In this document: positions 1 through 10,449 of the stretch, in pieces
Layout: each line of letters begins with the position of its first letter
Numbering within the stretch: the stretch's first letter is position 1
Assembly (NCBI RefSeq): GCF_000196355.1
Contig: NC_007614.1
Location: 690,001 to 722,000 of the forward strand
Reading direction: 5' to 3'
Source: Nitrosospira multiformis ATCC 25196
Lineage (GTDB): Bacteria; Pseudomonadota; Gammaproteobacteria; Burkholderiales; Nitrosomonadaceae
DNA: 32,000 bases
Position numbers and translations under genes: made by a program
Notes under the pieces: generated by a model
Databases searched by the model: none
What the model was told of the DNA's origin: nothing
Seen by the model: the letters and a program-made list of their open reading frames with translations, nothing else

Positions 1-1
1 C

Positions 2-625
2 ACAGGGGGCAAAGAGCGCATCCTTCATTTCATGGAACATCATGTTCCCGAGGAATTGAACAGAAGCGAACTGGGCGAATGGATCGCGCGCCTGCATAAG
101 ATAAAAACCAGGCATTATGTCGGCATGCTGGAAAGTGGCGGTATTCCGCTAAGACCGGGCGTAGCTCGCCTGATCCGGCATCTGCGTGACAGAAACATAA
201 AAATCGCGATTGCAACCACCACCACCCCGGAGAACGTGACCGCGCTTTTGAAATCCACCCTGGGGGAAGATTCTCCCGGCTGGTTCGACGTTATCGGGGC
301 AGGAGACATCGTTCCCGGAAAAAAACCGGCACCCGACATCTATCACTGGGTCCTGGATCAACTGAAATTGCCGGCAAAACAGTGCATTGCCGTTGAAGAC
401 TCGGAAAACGGGCTCAGAGCATCGCTTGCCGCGGGGCTGGACACAGTGGTTACGGTAAATGGATATACCCGGTTTCAGGATTTCACGGGGGCGAAGCTTG
501 TCTTGTCCGACCTGGGGGAGCCGACGAAGCCCTTCAGCGTGCTGGAAGGAGAGGCAGGAGTGGCAAACGGCATAAACGGCAGCGGCTGGGTGGATATGGA
601 CCTGATGCTGAAGCTTAAGGGGTGA
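2..625 (+). CDS. cbbY: HAD-superfamily phosphatase, CbbY-like; 5' end lies outside the window
   Basis: The frame is open from position 2 (TGGKERILHF...) with no stop, so the N-terminal DxDG motif must lie upstream. The translation carries HAD motifs: IAIATTT, GKKPAPDIY, AVEDSENGL. Overall collinearity with CbbY-type proteins was judged from memory. Confidence 0.7.
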   Translation, partial: TGGKERILHFMEHHVPEELNRSELGEWIARLHKIKTRHYVGMLESGGIPLRPGVARLIRHLRDRNIKIAIATTTTPENVTALLKSTLGEDSPGWFDVIGAGDIVPGKKPAPDIYHWVLDQLKLPAKQCIAVEDSENGLRASLAAGLDTVVTVNGYTRFQDFTGAKLVLSDLGEPTKPFSVLEGEAGVANGINGSGWVDMDLMLKLKG

Positions 626-793
626 AGGCCGTGAGGAAGCGGTCTAAAAGAATTACGGCCAATTCTGCGGACGCTCATCCCCGGTTTGCATCATCCCAAA
701 TTGGAATTGTCACCTGGAACAGGTAGTATAGTAAGTAACTAGTGACTTACCCAGGTTACCCAGGCATCCAGGCCATCCTGACAAGAAGAACAA

Positions 794-1243
794 ATGCTGC
801 AAGCCCGCACAATCAACTATTCACGGCGCCTGCTTCAATTTTTTGAAGGTGTGGGTCTCGTCGTGATTGCACTCGCCACCATATTTGCGGGGTATCAGGA
901 AACCATGCTGATGATTCACAACGGCAGAGTGAACCTTGCAGACCTGCTGCTCATGTTTCTCTACCTCGAAATCCTGACGATGGTCGGGCTTTATTTTGAA
1001 TCGGGCAAGCTGCCGGTAAGGTTTCCCCTCTATATCGCCCTGGTGGCATTGGCGCGTTATATAACCGTGGACGTCAAGGAGATGGACAACATCCGCCTGC
1101 TGGGCGTTTCTGCCGCTATCGTGCTGATTGCGCTCGGGGTGCTCGTCATCCGTTACGGGCACGTGCGCTATCCTTACGTGGAAGATCTGGAGGAACTGAC
1201 AGAGGCGGCTTCCAAGGAAAGAGAACAAAAAATTCGCGATTGA
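794..1243 (+). CDS. PsiE-family (phosphate-starvation-inducible E-like) small membrane protein
   Basis: 149 aa with about four hydrophobic helices. The pattern [11 protein letters not shown]...[11 protein letters not shown] is typical of the PsiE family. Its stop lies 1 nt before the purE ATG. Confidence 0.65.
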   Translation: MLQARTINYSRRLLQFFEGVGLVVIALATIFAGYQETMLMIHNGRVNLADLLLMFLYLEILTMVGLYFESGKLPVRFPLYIALVALARYITVDVKEMDNIRLLGVSAAIVLIALGVLVIRYGHVRYPYVEDLEELTEAASKEREQKIRD

Positions 1244-1244
1244 T

Positions 1245-1748
1245 ATGGAAGGCCAAATCAACAAGCCCCAAGTGGGTGTCATCATGGGCAGCAGCAGCGA
1301 TTGGGAGGTCATGAAGCATGCTGTGGAAGTATTGAAGAAATTCCATGTGCCTTACGAAGCGGAGGTGGTTTCCGCTCATCGAACCCCTGATCGCATGTTC
1401 GAATATGCGGAAACTGCCGGCGGGCGGGGGCTGAAATGCATCATTGCCGGTGCAGGCGGGGCAGCGCATCTTCCGGGAATGGTCGCCGCGAAAACGCTCC
1501 TGCCCGTGCTGGGCGTGCCGGTTACTTCCCGGCAGCTTCAAGGGCTGGATTCGCTTTTGTCCATAGTACAAATGCCGAGGGGGATACCGGTTGCCACCTT
1601 CGCCATAGGCGAGGCGGGCGCGGCTAACGCGGGGTTGTTTGCCGTTGCGCTGCTGGCGATGGAAGATGCGGGCCTGGCCAGGCAGCTTGCCGAGTTTCGG
1701 GAAACCCAGATGGCGACGGTGGCTTCCATGACTTTACCCCTCTCATGA
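1245..1748 (+). CDS. purE: N5-carboxyaminoimidazole ribonucleotide mutase (class I PurE)
   Basis: [26 protein letters not shown] and [16 protein letters not shown] are hallmark PurE motifs. An ATGA overlap couples it to purK. Confidence 0.95.
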   Translation: MEGQINKPQVGVIMGSSSDWEVMKHAVEVLKKFHVPYEAEVVSAHRTPDRMFEYAETAGGRGLKCIIAGAGGAAHLPGMVAAKTLLPVLGVPVTSRQLQGLDSLLSIVQMPRGIPVATFAIGEAGAANAGLFAVALLAMEDAGLARQLAEFRETQMATVASMTLPLS

Positions 1749-2965
1749 GTACGCGGCCTGGGGCGATGCTGGGGTTGCTGGGCGGCGGCCAGCTCGGCAG
1801 GATGTTCACCATGGCGGCCCAAAGCCTGGGTTACAGCGTGACCGTTCTTGATCCCGAGGAGCGGAGCCCGGCGGGTAGCATCGCTGAGCGGCACCTGCGC
1901 GCCGATTACCTCGATCGCGAGGCATTGAATGAGCTCGCATCCACCTGCGCAGGCGTCACCACCGAATTCGAAAACGTACCTGCCGAGGCACTCAGAGTAC
2001 TGGCTGAACGCTGCATCGTCAGTCCCGCTGCCGAGAGTGTCGCCATCGCGCAAGATCGCATTCTGGAGAAGAATTTTCTCGCTGCCAACGGCTTTGGGGT
2101 CGCGCCTTATACAGTGATACAGAACGCGCGCACTTCGCAGGATGCGACCAATCCGGATGGGGCATTACCCCAGAGGCAACCGCAATTTTTTCCTGACCTC
2201 TTCCCCGGAATTCTCAAGGTAAGCCGGTTTGGATATGACGGCAAAGGCCAGGTGCGTGTAAGTAATGCATCAGAGCTTGACAGCGCATTTGCAGGTTTGA
2301 ACCGGGAATCCTGCGTCCTGGAAAAACTGCTGCCCCTGGAGCGCGAGGTATCCGTCATCGTATCCAGGGGATTTGATGGCGAAGTGGTTACTTTTCCCGT
2401 ATCCGAGAATCAGCACTGTAACGGTATCCTCGACATCAGCATCGTTCCCGCCAGAGTATCGCCTGAAATTGCCCGAAACGCCTGCGATATTGCGATTCGC
2501 ATTGCCGAGAAGCTGGATTATCGCGGCGTATTATGCGTCGAGTTTTTTGTGCTCGCGGAGGGACGCCTGCTGGTGAACGAGATCGCTCCTCGTCCTCATA
2601 ATAGCGGGCATTACTCGATCAATGCCTGCGTTACCTCTCAATTCGAGCAGCAGGTGCGCATACTTTGCAGAATGCCCCTCGGCAGTACTTCCATGCATGG
2701 AGCGGCGGTAATGGTGAATCTGCTGGGCGATCTCTGGCAGAAGGGAGAGCCGGAGTGGGAACAGGTGCTGCGGCATTCCGACGTCAAATTGCATTTATAC
2801 GGCAAGCGCGATGCCAGACCCGGACGGAAAATGGGGCACTACACGGTATTGGCAGAAACGACCGACGCCGCGTTGCGGCTGGCGCTGGAAATCAAGCAAT
2901 CGCTGCAACCCTCTCATAGTACTCTTGAAACACATGAGTCTCCCCGGAACGAAAGTCGAAACTGA
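1745..2965 (+). CDS. purK: N5-carboxyaminoimidazole ribonucleotide synthase (ATP-grasp)
   Basis: It has the [10 protein letters not shown]-terminus, the ATP-grasp core (GYDGKGQ, EFFV...[15 protein letters not shown]) and RKMGH near the C-terminus. The start overlaps the purE stop (ATGA). Confidence 0.92.
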   Translation: MSTRPGAMLGLLGGGQLGRMFTMAAQSLGYSVTVLDPEERSPAGSIAERHLRADYLDREALNELASTCAGVTTEFENVPAEALRVLAERCIVSPAAESVAIAQDRILEKNFLAANGFGVAPYTVIQNARTSQDATNPDGALPQRQPQFFPDLFPGILKVSRFGYDGKGQVRVSNASELDSAFAGLNRESCVLEKLLPLEREVSVIVSRGFDGEVVTFPVSENQHCNGILDISIVPARVSPEIARNACDIAIRIAEKLDYRGVLCVEFFVLAEGRLLVNEIAPRPHNSGHYSINACVTSQFEQQVRILCRMPLGSTSMHGAAVMVNLLGDLWQKGEPEWEQVLRHSDVKLHLYGKRDARPGRKMGHYTVLAETTDAALRLALEIKQSLQPSHSTLETHESPRNESRN

Positions 2966-3857
2966 CCAGCCCGCGCTGTTTGAAACGAGCATACAGAGTC
3001 TGCCGCTTCTGCATCGCGGAAAGGTACGGGATATCTACGGTGTGGATGAAGACAAGCTTTTGATCGTCCAGACAGACCGGCTTTCCGCATTCGACGTGAT
3101 CCTGCCTACTCCCGTACCCGGCAAGGGTAGGCTGCTGACTGCCTTGTCCAGTTTCTGGTTTGAAAAACTTGAGCATATCGTTCCCAACCATCTTACCCAC
3201 ATCGCCCCCGAATCCGTGGTAACGGAAGACGAACGCGGGCAGGTGACCGAGCGGGCATTTGTAGTAAAGCGGCTCAGGCCCCTTCCGATCGAGGCGATCG
3301 TGCGCGGTTATGTCGTGGGCTCCGGCTGGAAGGATTACAAAAAAACCGGCATGATTTGCGGTATCCCACTCCCTGCCGGATTGGAGGAAGCCGGCAGGAT
3401 CCCGGGTGGAGCCCTCTTTACCCCCTCGACCAAAGCTGCCCAGGGCGCGCATGATGAAAATATCCCGTTTGCGGAGGCGGAAAAGCTGTTGAATGAAGGG
3501 GGCGAGGGGCTGGCTGCGCAGGTGCGGGATATAGCACTGGCTTTGTATACCCAGGCGGCGGATTATGCGATCACAAAAGGCATTATTATCGCCGATACCA
3601 AGTTCGAATTCGGCCAAGATCAGGCCGGCAGGCTCTACCTCATCGATGAAGCGCTTACGCCGGATTCATCGCGCTTCTGGCCTGCTGACCAGTACGCGCC
3701 GGGAAAAAACCCGCCGAGCTATGACAAACAATTCGTGCGTGACTGGCTCGAGACGCAGAACTGGAACAAGAAAGCACCCGCTCCCGCCTTGCCGCCCGAG
3801 GTGCTCGCCAAGACAGCGGAAAAATACCGGGAAGCCCTGCACCGCCTGGTAGACTAG
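2934..3857 (+). CDS. purC: Phosphoribosylaminoimidazole-succinocarboxamide (SAICAR) synthase, long form
   Basis: [28 protein letters not shown] and [12 protein letters not shown] are present. I chose the start at ATG 2934 (MSLPGTK...) rather than the ORF-track start at 2811. The gene overlaps the purK 3' end by 32 nt. Confidence 0.92.
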   Translation: MSLPGTKVETDQPALFETSIQSLPLLHRGKVRDIYGVDEDKLLIVQTDRLSAFDVILPTPVPGKGRLLTALSSFWFEKLEHIVPNHLTHIAPESVVTEDERGQVTERAFVVKRLRPLPIEAIVRGYVVGSGWKDYKKTGMICGIPLPAGLEEAGRIPGGALFTPSTKAAQGAHDENIPFAEAEKLLNEGGEGLAAQVRDIALALYTQAADYAITKGIIIADTKFEFGQDQAGRLYLIDEALTPDSSRFWPADQYAPGKNPPSYDKQFVRDWLETQNWNKKAPAPALPPEVLAKTAEKYREALHRLVD

Positions 3858-4651
3858 AAAAGTCGTAGCAACATCCTCGTCCCCAGCAGATAAAGCAGCA
3901 CTACAAAAATTTTCCTGAGCGTGGCCGTTTGCATGACGTGCGTCGTTTTTGCACCAAGGGGTGCGGTCAGCGTGCTGCCCAGGACGATCCAACCCAGTGC
4001 CGGCAGGTAAACATATCCCAGGCTGTATTCCGGCAGTGGTTGGGGCTGCGCCATGCCATTGATCATATAGCCGATACCTCCAGCCACAGCGATGGGGAAA
4101 CCTACCGCGGCAGCGGTACCGATGGCATGTTGCAGCTTCACGTTGCACAGCGAGAGAAACGGGATCGTCAGCAGGCCTCCTCCGATTGCAACAAAGCTGG
4201 AAATCGCGCCGATGACGCTCCCCGCGGCAAGCATGCCGAGCCTTCCCGGAAGCGTGCGACTCGGTTTGGGACGGATATTGAGCAACATCTGCGTCGCCGC
4301 GTAATAAATGAAGACGACAAAAACGATGCTGAGAAAGCGGCTGGATAGCATGCTCACTACCGTTGCGCCTCCAAGCGTCCCCAGGATGATTCCCGGCGTA
4401 ATGAATTTCACGACTTGCCAGTTCACTGCACCGTGAACATGATGAGTGCGCAGACTGGCGGCGGAGGAGAAAATGATGGCTGCCATGGTGGTGCCAAGGG
4501 CGAGGTGAAGGATACGGTCGGGAGGGAAGTCTTGGGCAGTAAAAATAAAGGTAAGCACGGGGACGATGACCAGCCCGCCCCCTATGCCCAGCAGGCCGGC
4601 AAAGAAGCCAACCACGGTGCCCAATATCAGGTATGCCGGCCACCACTCCAC
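3854..4651 (-). CDS. TauE/SafE-family (sulfite-exporter-like) membrane permease
   Basis: The protein is polytopic and contains [18 protein letters not shown] plus a second GGG-containing repeat ([15 protein letters not shown]). The ORF-track start (4825) would overlap the EVE gene. I propose a GTG start at 4651 ([11 protein letters not shown]...), so the start is uncertain. Its stop overlaps the purC stop within CTAG at 3854-3857. Confidence 0.75.
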   Translation of the reverse strand: MEWWPAYLILGTVVGFFAGLLGIGGGLVIVPVLTFIFTAQDFPPDRILHLALGTTMAAIIFSSAASLRTHHVHGAVNWQVVKFITPGIILGTLGGATVVSMLSSRFLSIVFVVFIYYAATQMLLNIRPKPSRTLPGRLGMLAAGSVIGAISSFVAIGGGLLTIPFLSLCNVKLQHAIGTAAAVGFPIAVAGGIGYMINGMAQPQPLPEYSLGYVYLPALGWIVLGSTLTAPLGAKTTHVMQTATLRKIFVVLLYLLGTRMLLRLF

Positions 4652-4733
4652 GTTAGGCCATACCGCCGCAGATACCGGGATTCGAAGCTGTACAACGATT
4701 ACCCAACCTGGAAATCTTCCCCTGAGTCTGCCA

Positions 4734-5198
4734 TTACAGAATTCCCATGATGAAATCCCACTCTGCCGGATCGATCGGCGTAATAGACAGCCGGTTGCCT
4801 TTTTGCAGAATACGCATGTTCGCAAGCTCGGGGTAACCGCGTAACTCCTTGATGCCGACCAAGCGGGTTTTCTTGATCAGGCGCACATCTACATTGAACC
4901 AGCGCGGATTTTCCGGAGTGGCTTTCGGATCGAAATATTTGTTTTCCGGCTCAAACTGGGTGGCATCCGGGTAGGCCAGCTTGCTCACTTCCGCAATCCC
5001 GGCTATTCCCGGCTCCTCACAGGTAGAATGATAGAAAAAAACCCTATCGCCGACGCGCATCTGGTCACGCATGAAATTTCGCGCCTGATAATTGCGCACC
5101 CCATACCACGCCACTGTTTGATCGGGCATCGAGGCGAGGTCGTCAATACTTACGTCGGAAGGTTCCGATTTCATCAGCCAGTAACGCATTTCCATCAT
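4734..5198 (-). CDS. EVE (PUA-like) domain protein
   Basis: MRYWLMKSEP..., WYGVRNYQARNFMRDQMRVGDRVFFYHS and GIAGIAEV are a classic standalone EVE-domain layout of about 150 aa. The start could be 5198 or 5189. Confidence 0.85.
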   Translation of the reverse strand: MMEMRYWLMKSEPSDVSIDDLASMPDQTVAWYGVRNYQARNFMRDQMRVGDRVFFYHSTCEEPGIAGIAEVSKLAYPDATQFEPENKYFDPKATPENPRWFNVDVRLIKKTRLVGIKELRGYPELANMRILQKGNRLSITPIDPAEWDFIMGIL

Positions 5199-5348
5199 TA
5201 ACTATACTTAGGTCAGAATTCAGTACTTGTGAAACTGAATGAACTATGAGCTCTATGAGCTTTGTATCAGCAAGATTCCCCAGGCAAAATTTCCCTGGAT
5301 GGAAGGCTCTCACATAAACAATCAATAGTACAGCAAGACGGAGGATCA

Positions 5349-6932
5349 ATGATAAACAATAAGTTAATGACTCGTCTTCTGAAGTTCCTGTGGCGGATAG
5401 GCGAAAGCTGGCCGTGGTTGGGCAGGAAATTAAACGAATTTGCAATCAATCGGGTAGTAAATGTGTGCCGCCACCGGCCGCATCCGTGGAGCACCGTTCA
5501 CCCCTATACCTCTTGGACCTCACTTACAGATCAGCACTGGAGCGCACGCCATTTGCCGCCGAAGAAGCAGCCGGCACAGCTTCCGTCTTCCAGCGAACTA
5601 CTCGGGCTTTTCAGGCAGCAGGACGGAAAGCAGCGATTATCCGACAAATCGACCCTGCTTTTTCCCGCGGTTGCCCAATATCTGACCGACGGTTTTATCC
5701 GCACGCGCATGCCGCAGGCAGGAGAACCCGAGACAGTTCGACTGCAAAATACATCCAATCATCAGATAGACATGTGTCCGCTTTACGGAAGGCTGCCGGA
5801 GCAGACCGCCGCCCTTCGTCTCAAAAGCGAAACCAAGGGAGAACGGGGGCGATTGAAGTCGCAGTTTATCGCCAGGGAGGAATTCTCGCCTTTCCTTTTC
5901 GATAACGGGAAACCGAAGCAGGAATTTGCCGTTCTCGACGAGCCCCTTGGATTGGAGAGGGCGTTGGATAGAGTGCCCGAGCGCCGGGAAGAGTTGCAGG
6001 CTCATATTTTTGCCTTTGGAGGGGACCGAACAAATGCCGTTCCTCAGGTGGCGATGCTGAATACCTTGTTTCTGCGGGAGCATAACCGGCTTGCAGGCGA
6101 AATAGAACGGATGCATCCCCAGTGGGATGACGAGCGCGTCTTCCAGACCGCCAGGAATAACGTCATCGTGATATTCATCAAGATTATCGTGGAGGAGTAC
6201 ATCAGCCATATCTCTCCATTGGTGCCCTATCGGGCTGACCCTTCAGTGGCCTGGAATGCCCCGTGGAACAAACCGAACTGGATCACGACCGAATTCAGTT
6301 TGCTGTATCGCTGGCATTCACTCGTTCCGGATGCCATCACCTGGAACGGACACTTGTATCTCCTGGGAGAAACCTCCATGAATAACAAGCTGCTGCTGGA
6401 CGGAGGGTTGCGACGCGCCTTTGCCGACATGAGCAGCCAGCGTGCCGGTCGTCTCGGCCCCTTCAACACGGCGGAGTTCCTATGGGAAATCGAAACACGG
6501 GCAATAGAGCAGGGCCGTCTGGCAGAACTGGCACCCTATACGGATTACCGTCATTATGTTTCCCTGGAGCGTCCCCAGGATTTTGCAGATATCTCCACGG
6601 ACCCGCGAGTGGTCGATTTTCTGAGAAAGACGTACCGGCGCGTGGAGGACATCGATTTTTACGTCGGTCTGTTTGCCGAGGATCTGGTGGAAGATTCCCC
6701 CCTGCCGTCACTCATGCTCAGGATGGTGGCAGTGGATGCTTTTTCCCAGGCTTTGACCAATCCCTTGCTGTCACAGTACGTTTATAACGAAGAAACCTTT
6801 TCTGTTCCGGGCTGGGCGGCAATCCAGAGCACGGGAACACTTTGGGATGTTCTGGACAGGAACGCACCTTCCGATCAGCGTGGGGATTTATACATCGGCT
6901 TGACCTTGCCTGATTGGATGCCTTCTTCCTGA
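5349..6932 (+). CDS. Animal-haem-peroxidase family protein, cyclooxygenase/fatty-acid dioxygenase-like
   Basis: The translation is collinear with vertebrate COX-1 recalled from memory: [31 protein letters not shown] vs [43 protein letters not shown] vs [27 protein letters not shown] vs EFNHLYHWHPLMPD. The start at ATG 5349 is preceded by GGAGGA. Confidence 0.85.
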   Translation: [527 protein letters not shown]

Positions 6933-7160
6933 TTCAAAACGTGAAAATGAGGTTGCCCGATGGGGTTACCTATCGGTCGCTCATTACCCGCTATAAGTTA
7001 AGGGCAGATCCATGAATATCGCTTGCCGGTGTTGCAGTGGTGTTCTTTATTATCTCCGGGAAGTCTCTTGGCGACGTCCAGCGATAGGTTCAGGAATAGA
7101 CATAAACACCAAAACAGGTTCCCCCTCAAACGACATGCGAGCTCACGTACCATACTTTAT

Positions 7161-8495
7161 TCAGGGGCTCGTGGTCGAGATGAGAATGAGTTGCTTGATA
7201 AATTCGATAATGCGGCCGTCATCGATATGAGTATGATCCGTAATCAGGTTTTTATCGACTCTCGTAACGAGGTAGGGATTGCGTGGGGCGGATATATTGC
7301 TCCTTTCCAGTGTAAGGTTCGCAATAGGGATCTTGCTGCCAGGTTTGTCGTCTTCCCATGCGGACTTTGCAGCCAGGCCGGAACTGACACTCTCACTACT
7401 GCTCGATTGACCCGCAACTCCCTTTGGCAGAGCATGGGACGGATAGAGTCTGTGAGTCTCATACGGCTGGAAGAGGCCAACAGCGGTTACGTTTGCCTCG
7501 CCCTCGTCGATGATTTCTTCCTGTCCGGTTACGGCATTCGTTCGCCTGATGTCGCGATCTTTCTCAAAAAAGGTAGATAGATGGCGGCCAATGGGAAACG
7601 AGTTGCGAAGGGCCTTATCGGCCTCCGATGTTAGTATGGCCATGACAGGCAATTGGGACTTGAAGTAAGTGCCACGCTCCGTGGACATATCACTGAGCGA
7701 TGAAAATTGTAAGGCTTCGAAGGCGGGGTTTATGAGTACAACCAGATTCCCAAACCCTTCCACGTCGCTCTGCACGCCCACCGGCCCCATTGTGCGAACG
7801 AACCGATTTTCGAGTATTTGAACCAATGAGGCATGTACGATAGCTCCCCCGAAGCTGTGTCCGACAATTACCAGACGAGTATTGCTGTTACCCTCCGAAA
7901 CATTTTCCTTAACGCGCTTGAGTAGTTCGAGGCGGTTCAATACCTCAGTAACGCCGCCCCGGCTGACTTTCTGAGCGGTATTTTTCCGGTCCCAGAAGGT
8001 CAGGTCCTCAACCACGGGCATGGTAATGGACTCACCACGCCAGCCTAGATAAATACCGGCTACCTGTCGTGCCGGGCGCCCCGTTTTTTTGCTGATAAGA
8101 AGTTCGTTCTCACTCAACCCGGCAAGAACGTTACGAAAAGTCTGGATATTTTTGTCGGTATGCTTCGCATTATGCTTCCAGCCATGAACGAATACCGTTA
8201 TTAACAAATCTTTGCTGGCGGCTTCAGCCGAAAGCTTATCGATAACGGACCACATTTGCCTGCGATCCCAAAGCTGGCCCTGGTCATCGAATTCAATAAA
8301 ATTCAAGAGATAGCGCGCTCCATCTGCTGCGGGAAATTCCAGGATGGCGTGGTTTTCGCACTCCCGAGATAATTCCGAGGTCGGGTTAACGCATAAATCA
8401 TACTCCGTCCGATACTGTACAAACGGGGCACACCCGCCAAGTACCATCAGGAGAATGAGAACAGTGACATGCAATTCGACGGAGTGGAATTTCAT
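7161..8495 (-). CDS. Lipoprotein alpha/beta-hydrolase (DUF900-like esterase/lipase)
   Basis: The signal peptide ends in the lipobox LGGC. A nucleophile elbow is present (VGHSFGGA). The VFVHGW...WRG...FWDR arrangement resembles the DUF900 hydrolase fold. The sequence is visibly more AT-rich than the flanks. Confidence 0.7.
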   Translation of the reverse strand: MKFHSVELHVTVLILLMVLGGCAPFVQYRTEYDLCVNPTSELSRECENHAILEFPAADGARYLLNFIEFDDQGQLWDRRQMWSVIDKLSAEAASKDLLITVFVHGWKHNAKHTDKNIQTFRNVLAGLSENELLISKKTGRPARQVAGIYLGWRGESITMPVVEDLTFWDRKNTAQKVSRGGVTEVLNRLELLKRVKENVSEGNSNTRLVIVGHSFGGAIVHASLVQILENRFVRTMGPVGVQSDVEGFGNLVVLINPAFEALQFSSLSDMSTERGTYFKSQLPVMAILTSEADKALRNSFPIGRHLSTFFEKDRDIRRTNAVTGQEEIIDEGEANVTAVGLFQPYETHRLYPSHALPKGVAGQSSSSESVSSGLAAKSAWEDDKPGSKIPIANLTLERSNISAPRNPYLVTRVDKNLITDHTHIDDGRIIEFIKQLILISTTSP

Positions 8496-8827
8496 GGTAT
8501 CTATTTAATCCGAAGAGATGTTCTTGCAACCTGTACCAGGGAATGACCGCATGTTCCTGAAATGCGTTTCGTATCGGGTGGAAATCCGCATATTCTCTGC
8601 CAGGACGGAAGGCGCATTCATAATGAAGGTTAGTAGTGTTAGTAGTATATGTCTATGCTGATTTGGCAAGTGTATTTTCGGATTTATTACCGCAGATCAG
8701 GCGTGCGTGTGAACACGCTCGCTACTCAGCGCGCACTAGGGACACCGAGGGGAACCGAGTAACTGGAGTAAGTGACCGAGCTCATGCTACCGGTTTGTTG
8801 AACTTCTGATGGCAAGGTGGGCGGAAA

Positions 8828-10189
8828 ATGGCATTAGCAAACGTATTCCGGCCCCACCCGTGGCAGAGCTTGCAGTCCAAACGGGGTGCTGTCGTGAAGC
8901 ATACTGAAAACGCTGGACATCAACTGGAACGACGTCAATTTATCGTCTCTACACTTTCGGCGGGATTCGCCATGACGGTAGGTCCGCTCTACGCCCAAGC
9001 CGTGCGGGACGGTGTCCAGATTTCTGTAAAGAATGGGGATCAGACCGCTCCTGGTCCTCGATCGCCGGGCGGACATACTTCGATCAAGTTATTTCTCTGT
9101 GGCGATGTCATGACGGGCAGAGGCATAGACCAGGTCTTGCCTCACCCCGGCAATCCCATTCTTTTTGAGGGGTACATGAAAAGCGCAACAGGCTATGTTG
9201 AGCTTGCCGAAGAGGCAAACGGGCCGATTCCGCACCCAGTCCCTTTTTCCTATATCTGGGGAGATGCGCTTGCCGAACTGGAGCGTAGAAAGCCCGATGT
9301 TCGCGTCATTAACCTCGAAACCGCGCTTACCCGTAGTGACGAAGTGCAGGACAAGGCAGTGAACTACCGCATGAATCCGGATAATATCCCCTGTATCACT
9401 GCCGCGAAGATCGATTGCTGCGTGCTGGCGAACAACCATGTTCTGGACTGGGGGTATGAAGGTCTCGCCGAGACGTTGAAAACGCTCAAACGAGCCGACA
9501 TAAAAATAGCTGGCGCCGGCTTAAACGTTCAAGAGGCGCGGCAACCCGCGGAGATGACAGTTCCCGGAAAGGGACGTGTACTGGTTTTCTCGCTCGGATC
9601 GGAAACAAGCGGCATACCCTGGAACTGGGCGGCTCGAACAGACCGGGCAGGCGTGAATCTGTTGCCGGATTTTTCAGCAAAAACGGTTCGGGAAATTCGC
9701 GACAGAATAAAGCAGGTCCGCCTGCCCGGTGACATTGTGGTTGCTTCAATCCATTGGGGTAATAACTGGGGTTATGCAATTCCAGTCGAGCAACAGGATT
9801 TTGCACACGGCCTGATCGATGAAGCGGGTGTTGACGTCATCCACGGCCATTCATCGCATCATGTGAAGGGCATCGAGGTTTACAGGGGAAAGCTCATTCT
9901 TTATGGATGCGGCGACTTCCTGAATGATTATGAAGGCATCTCAGGGCACGAGACTTATCGGGGTGACCTGACGTTGATGTATTTCGTGAGCGCGGAGCCG
10001 CAGACCGGCAAACTCGTCAGCCTGTCGATGGTGCTCATGCAGGTCAGGCATTTCAAATTGAATCGGGCATCTGATGTCGATGCTTCCTGGCTGAAGAATA
10101 TCCTGAACAGGGAGGGGAAGAAGCTGGGGACGTCGGTGGAACTGACGGCGGATAATACCTTGATGCTCCGATGGATGCTCCAAGGATAG
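8828..10189 (+). CDS. CapA/PGA_cap-family metallophosphatase with twin-arginine signal
   Basis: It has a Tat-like ERRQFIVSTLSAGFAMTVGPLYAQA signal. The motif series is GDVMTGRG, NLETA, ANNHVLDWG, IAGAG, SIHWGNNWGY and HGHSSHH. An AAGGTGGG RBS precedes the ATG. Confidence 0.85.
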   Translation: MALANVFRPHPWQSLQSKRGAVVKHTENAGHQLERRQFIVSTLSAGFAMTVGPLYAQAVRDGVQISVKNGDQTAPGPRSPGGHTSIKLFLCGDVMTGRGIDQVLPHPGNPILFEGYMKSATGYVELAEEANGPIPHPVPFSYIWGDALAELERRKPDVRVINLETALTRSDEVQDKAVNYRMNPDNIPCITAAKIDCCVLANNHVLDWGYEGLAETLKTLKRADIKIAGAGLNVQEARQPAEMTVPGKGRVLVFSLGSETSGIPWNWAARTDRAGVNLLPDFSAKTVREIRDRIKQVRLPGDIVVASIHWGNNWGYAIPVEQQDFAHGLIDEAGVDVIHGHSSHHVKGIEVYRGKLILYGCGDFLNDYEGISGHETYRGDLTLMYFVSAEPQTGKLVSLSMVLMQVRHFKLNRASDVDASWLKNILNREGKKLGTSVELTADNTLMLRWMLQG

Positions 10190-10424
10190 CACAAGTCAAA
10201 GATGATCTATGAAGGCAGCTCGCTGCTGTGGGGAACTGACTGTCATTGGGACTCGTACCACCCCTGATAATGAAAGAAACTATGGGGTGGAAGGCAGCGG
10301 GAGGAGGTCGCGCAATTTTCACCGGTGAGGCCACTCAGTTTGATTTTCTATCTGACCAGATTGATGCCCCATCAGGCAGTTGGTTCGGTCATCCTATTGC
10401 GGTAGGGATGATGTTAAATGCGAG

Positions 10425-10449
10425 TCCCTTGCCGCTCCGCAAGGGATTT
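10425..10449 (-). terminator. Hairpin just downstream of the cytochrome-porin gene (possible terminator)
   Basis: An 8-bp stem tcccttgc/gcaaggga with a 6-nt loop lies 17 nt after the stop at 10464. The U-tract on the minus strand is poor; a short TTT follows on the plus strand. Confidence 0.4.

Noticed and set aside
700-760. A possible sigma-70 promoter (ttgtca ... tagtaa/tatagt) upstream of the psiE-like gene.
   Set aside because: The spacing between the candidate -35 and the best -10 hexamer is 14 nt, and the alternative hexamers are weak. It cannot be supported without TSS data.
3854-3857. The stop codons of convergent purC and the TauE-family gene share the palindrome CTAG, leaving no intergenic terminator.
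   Set aside because: This is a real observation, but it is a common result of compact convergent gene ends and there is no evidence of regulatory meaning.
3666-4646. A 326-aa ORF on the minus strand, one of several long shadow ORFs (others: 2892-3617 minus, 19413-20174 minus, 16625-17098 plus, 26192-26731 minus, 21768-22415 plus).
   Set aside because: All of them overlap strongly supported genes in another frame or strand. Their translations are Arg/Pro/Gly/His-rich low-complexity strings with no motifs, which is typical of out-of-frame reading of GC-rich coding DNA.
4652-4825. The N-terminal extension of the TauE/SafE ORF given in the ORF track (start 4825).
   Set aside because: The extension overlaps the 3' end of the EVE-domain gene and translates to a non-membrane, Cys/Arg-rich peptide. 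The family-typical first helix begins at WWPAYLILG, so an internal GTG at 4651 is more plausible. The exact start remains unverified.
5262-5348. The upstream start (5262) for the COX-like ORF. Similar 5' extensions exist for the TonB receptor (19260), the ABC protein (21601), zapA (18812) and the 12180 ORF.
   Set aside because: The extensions lack RBSs and family-like sequence. Internal ATGs with Shine-Dalgarno sequences or proper signal peptides fit better.
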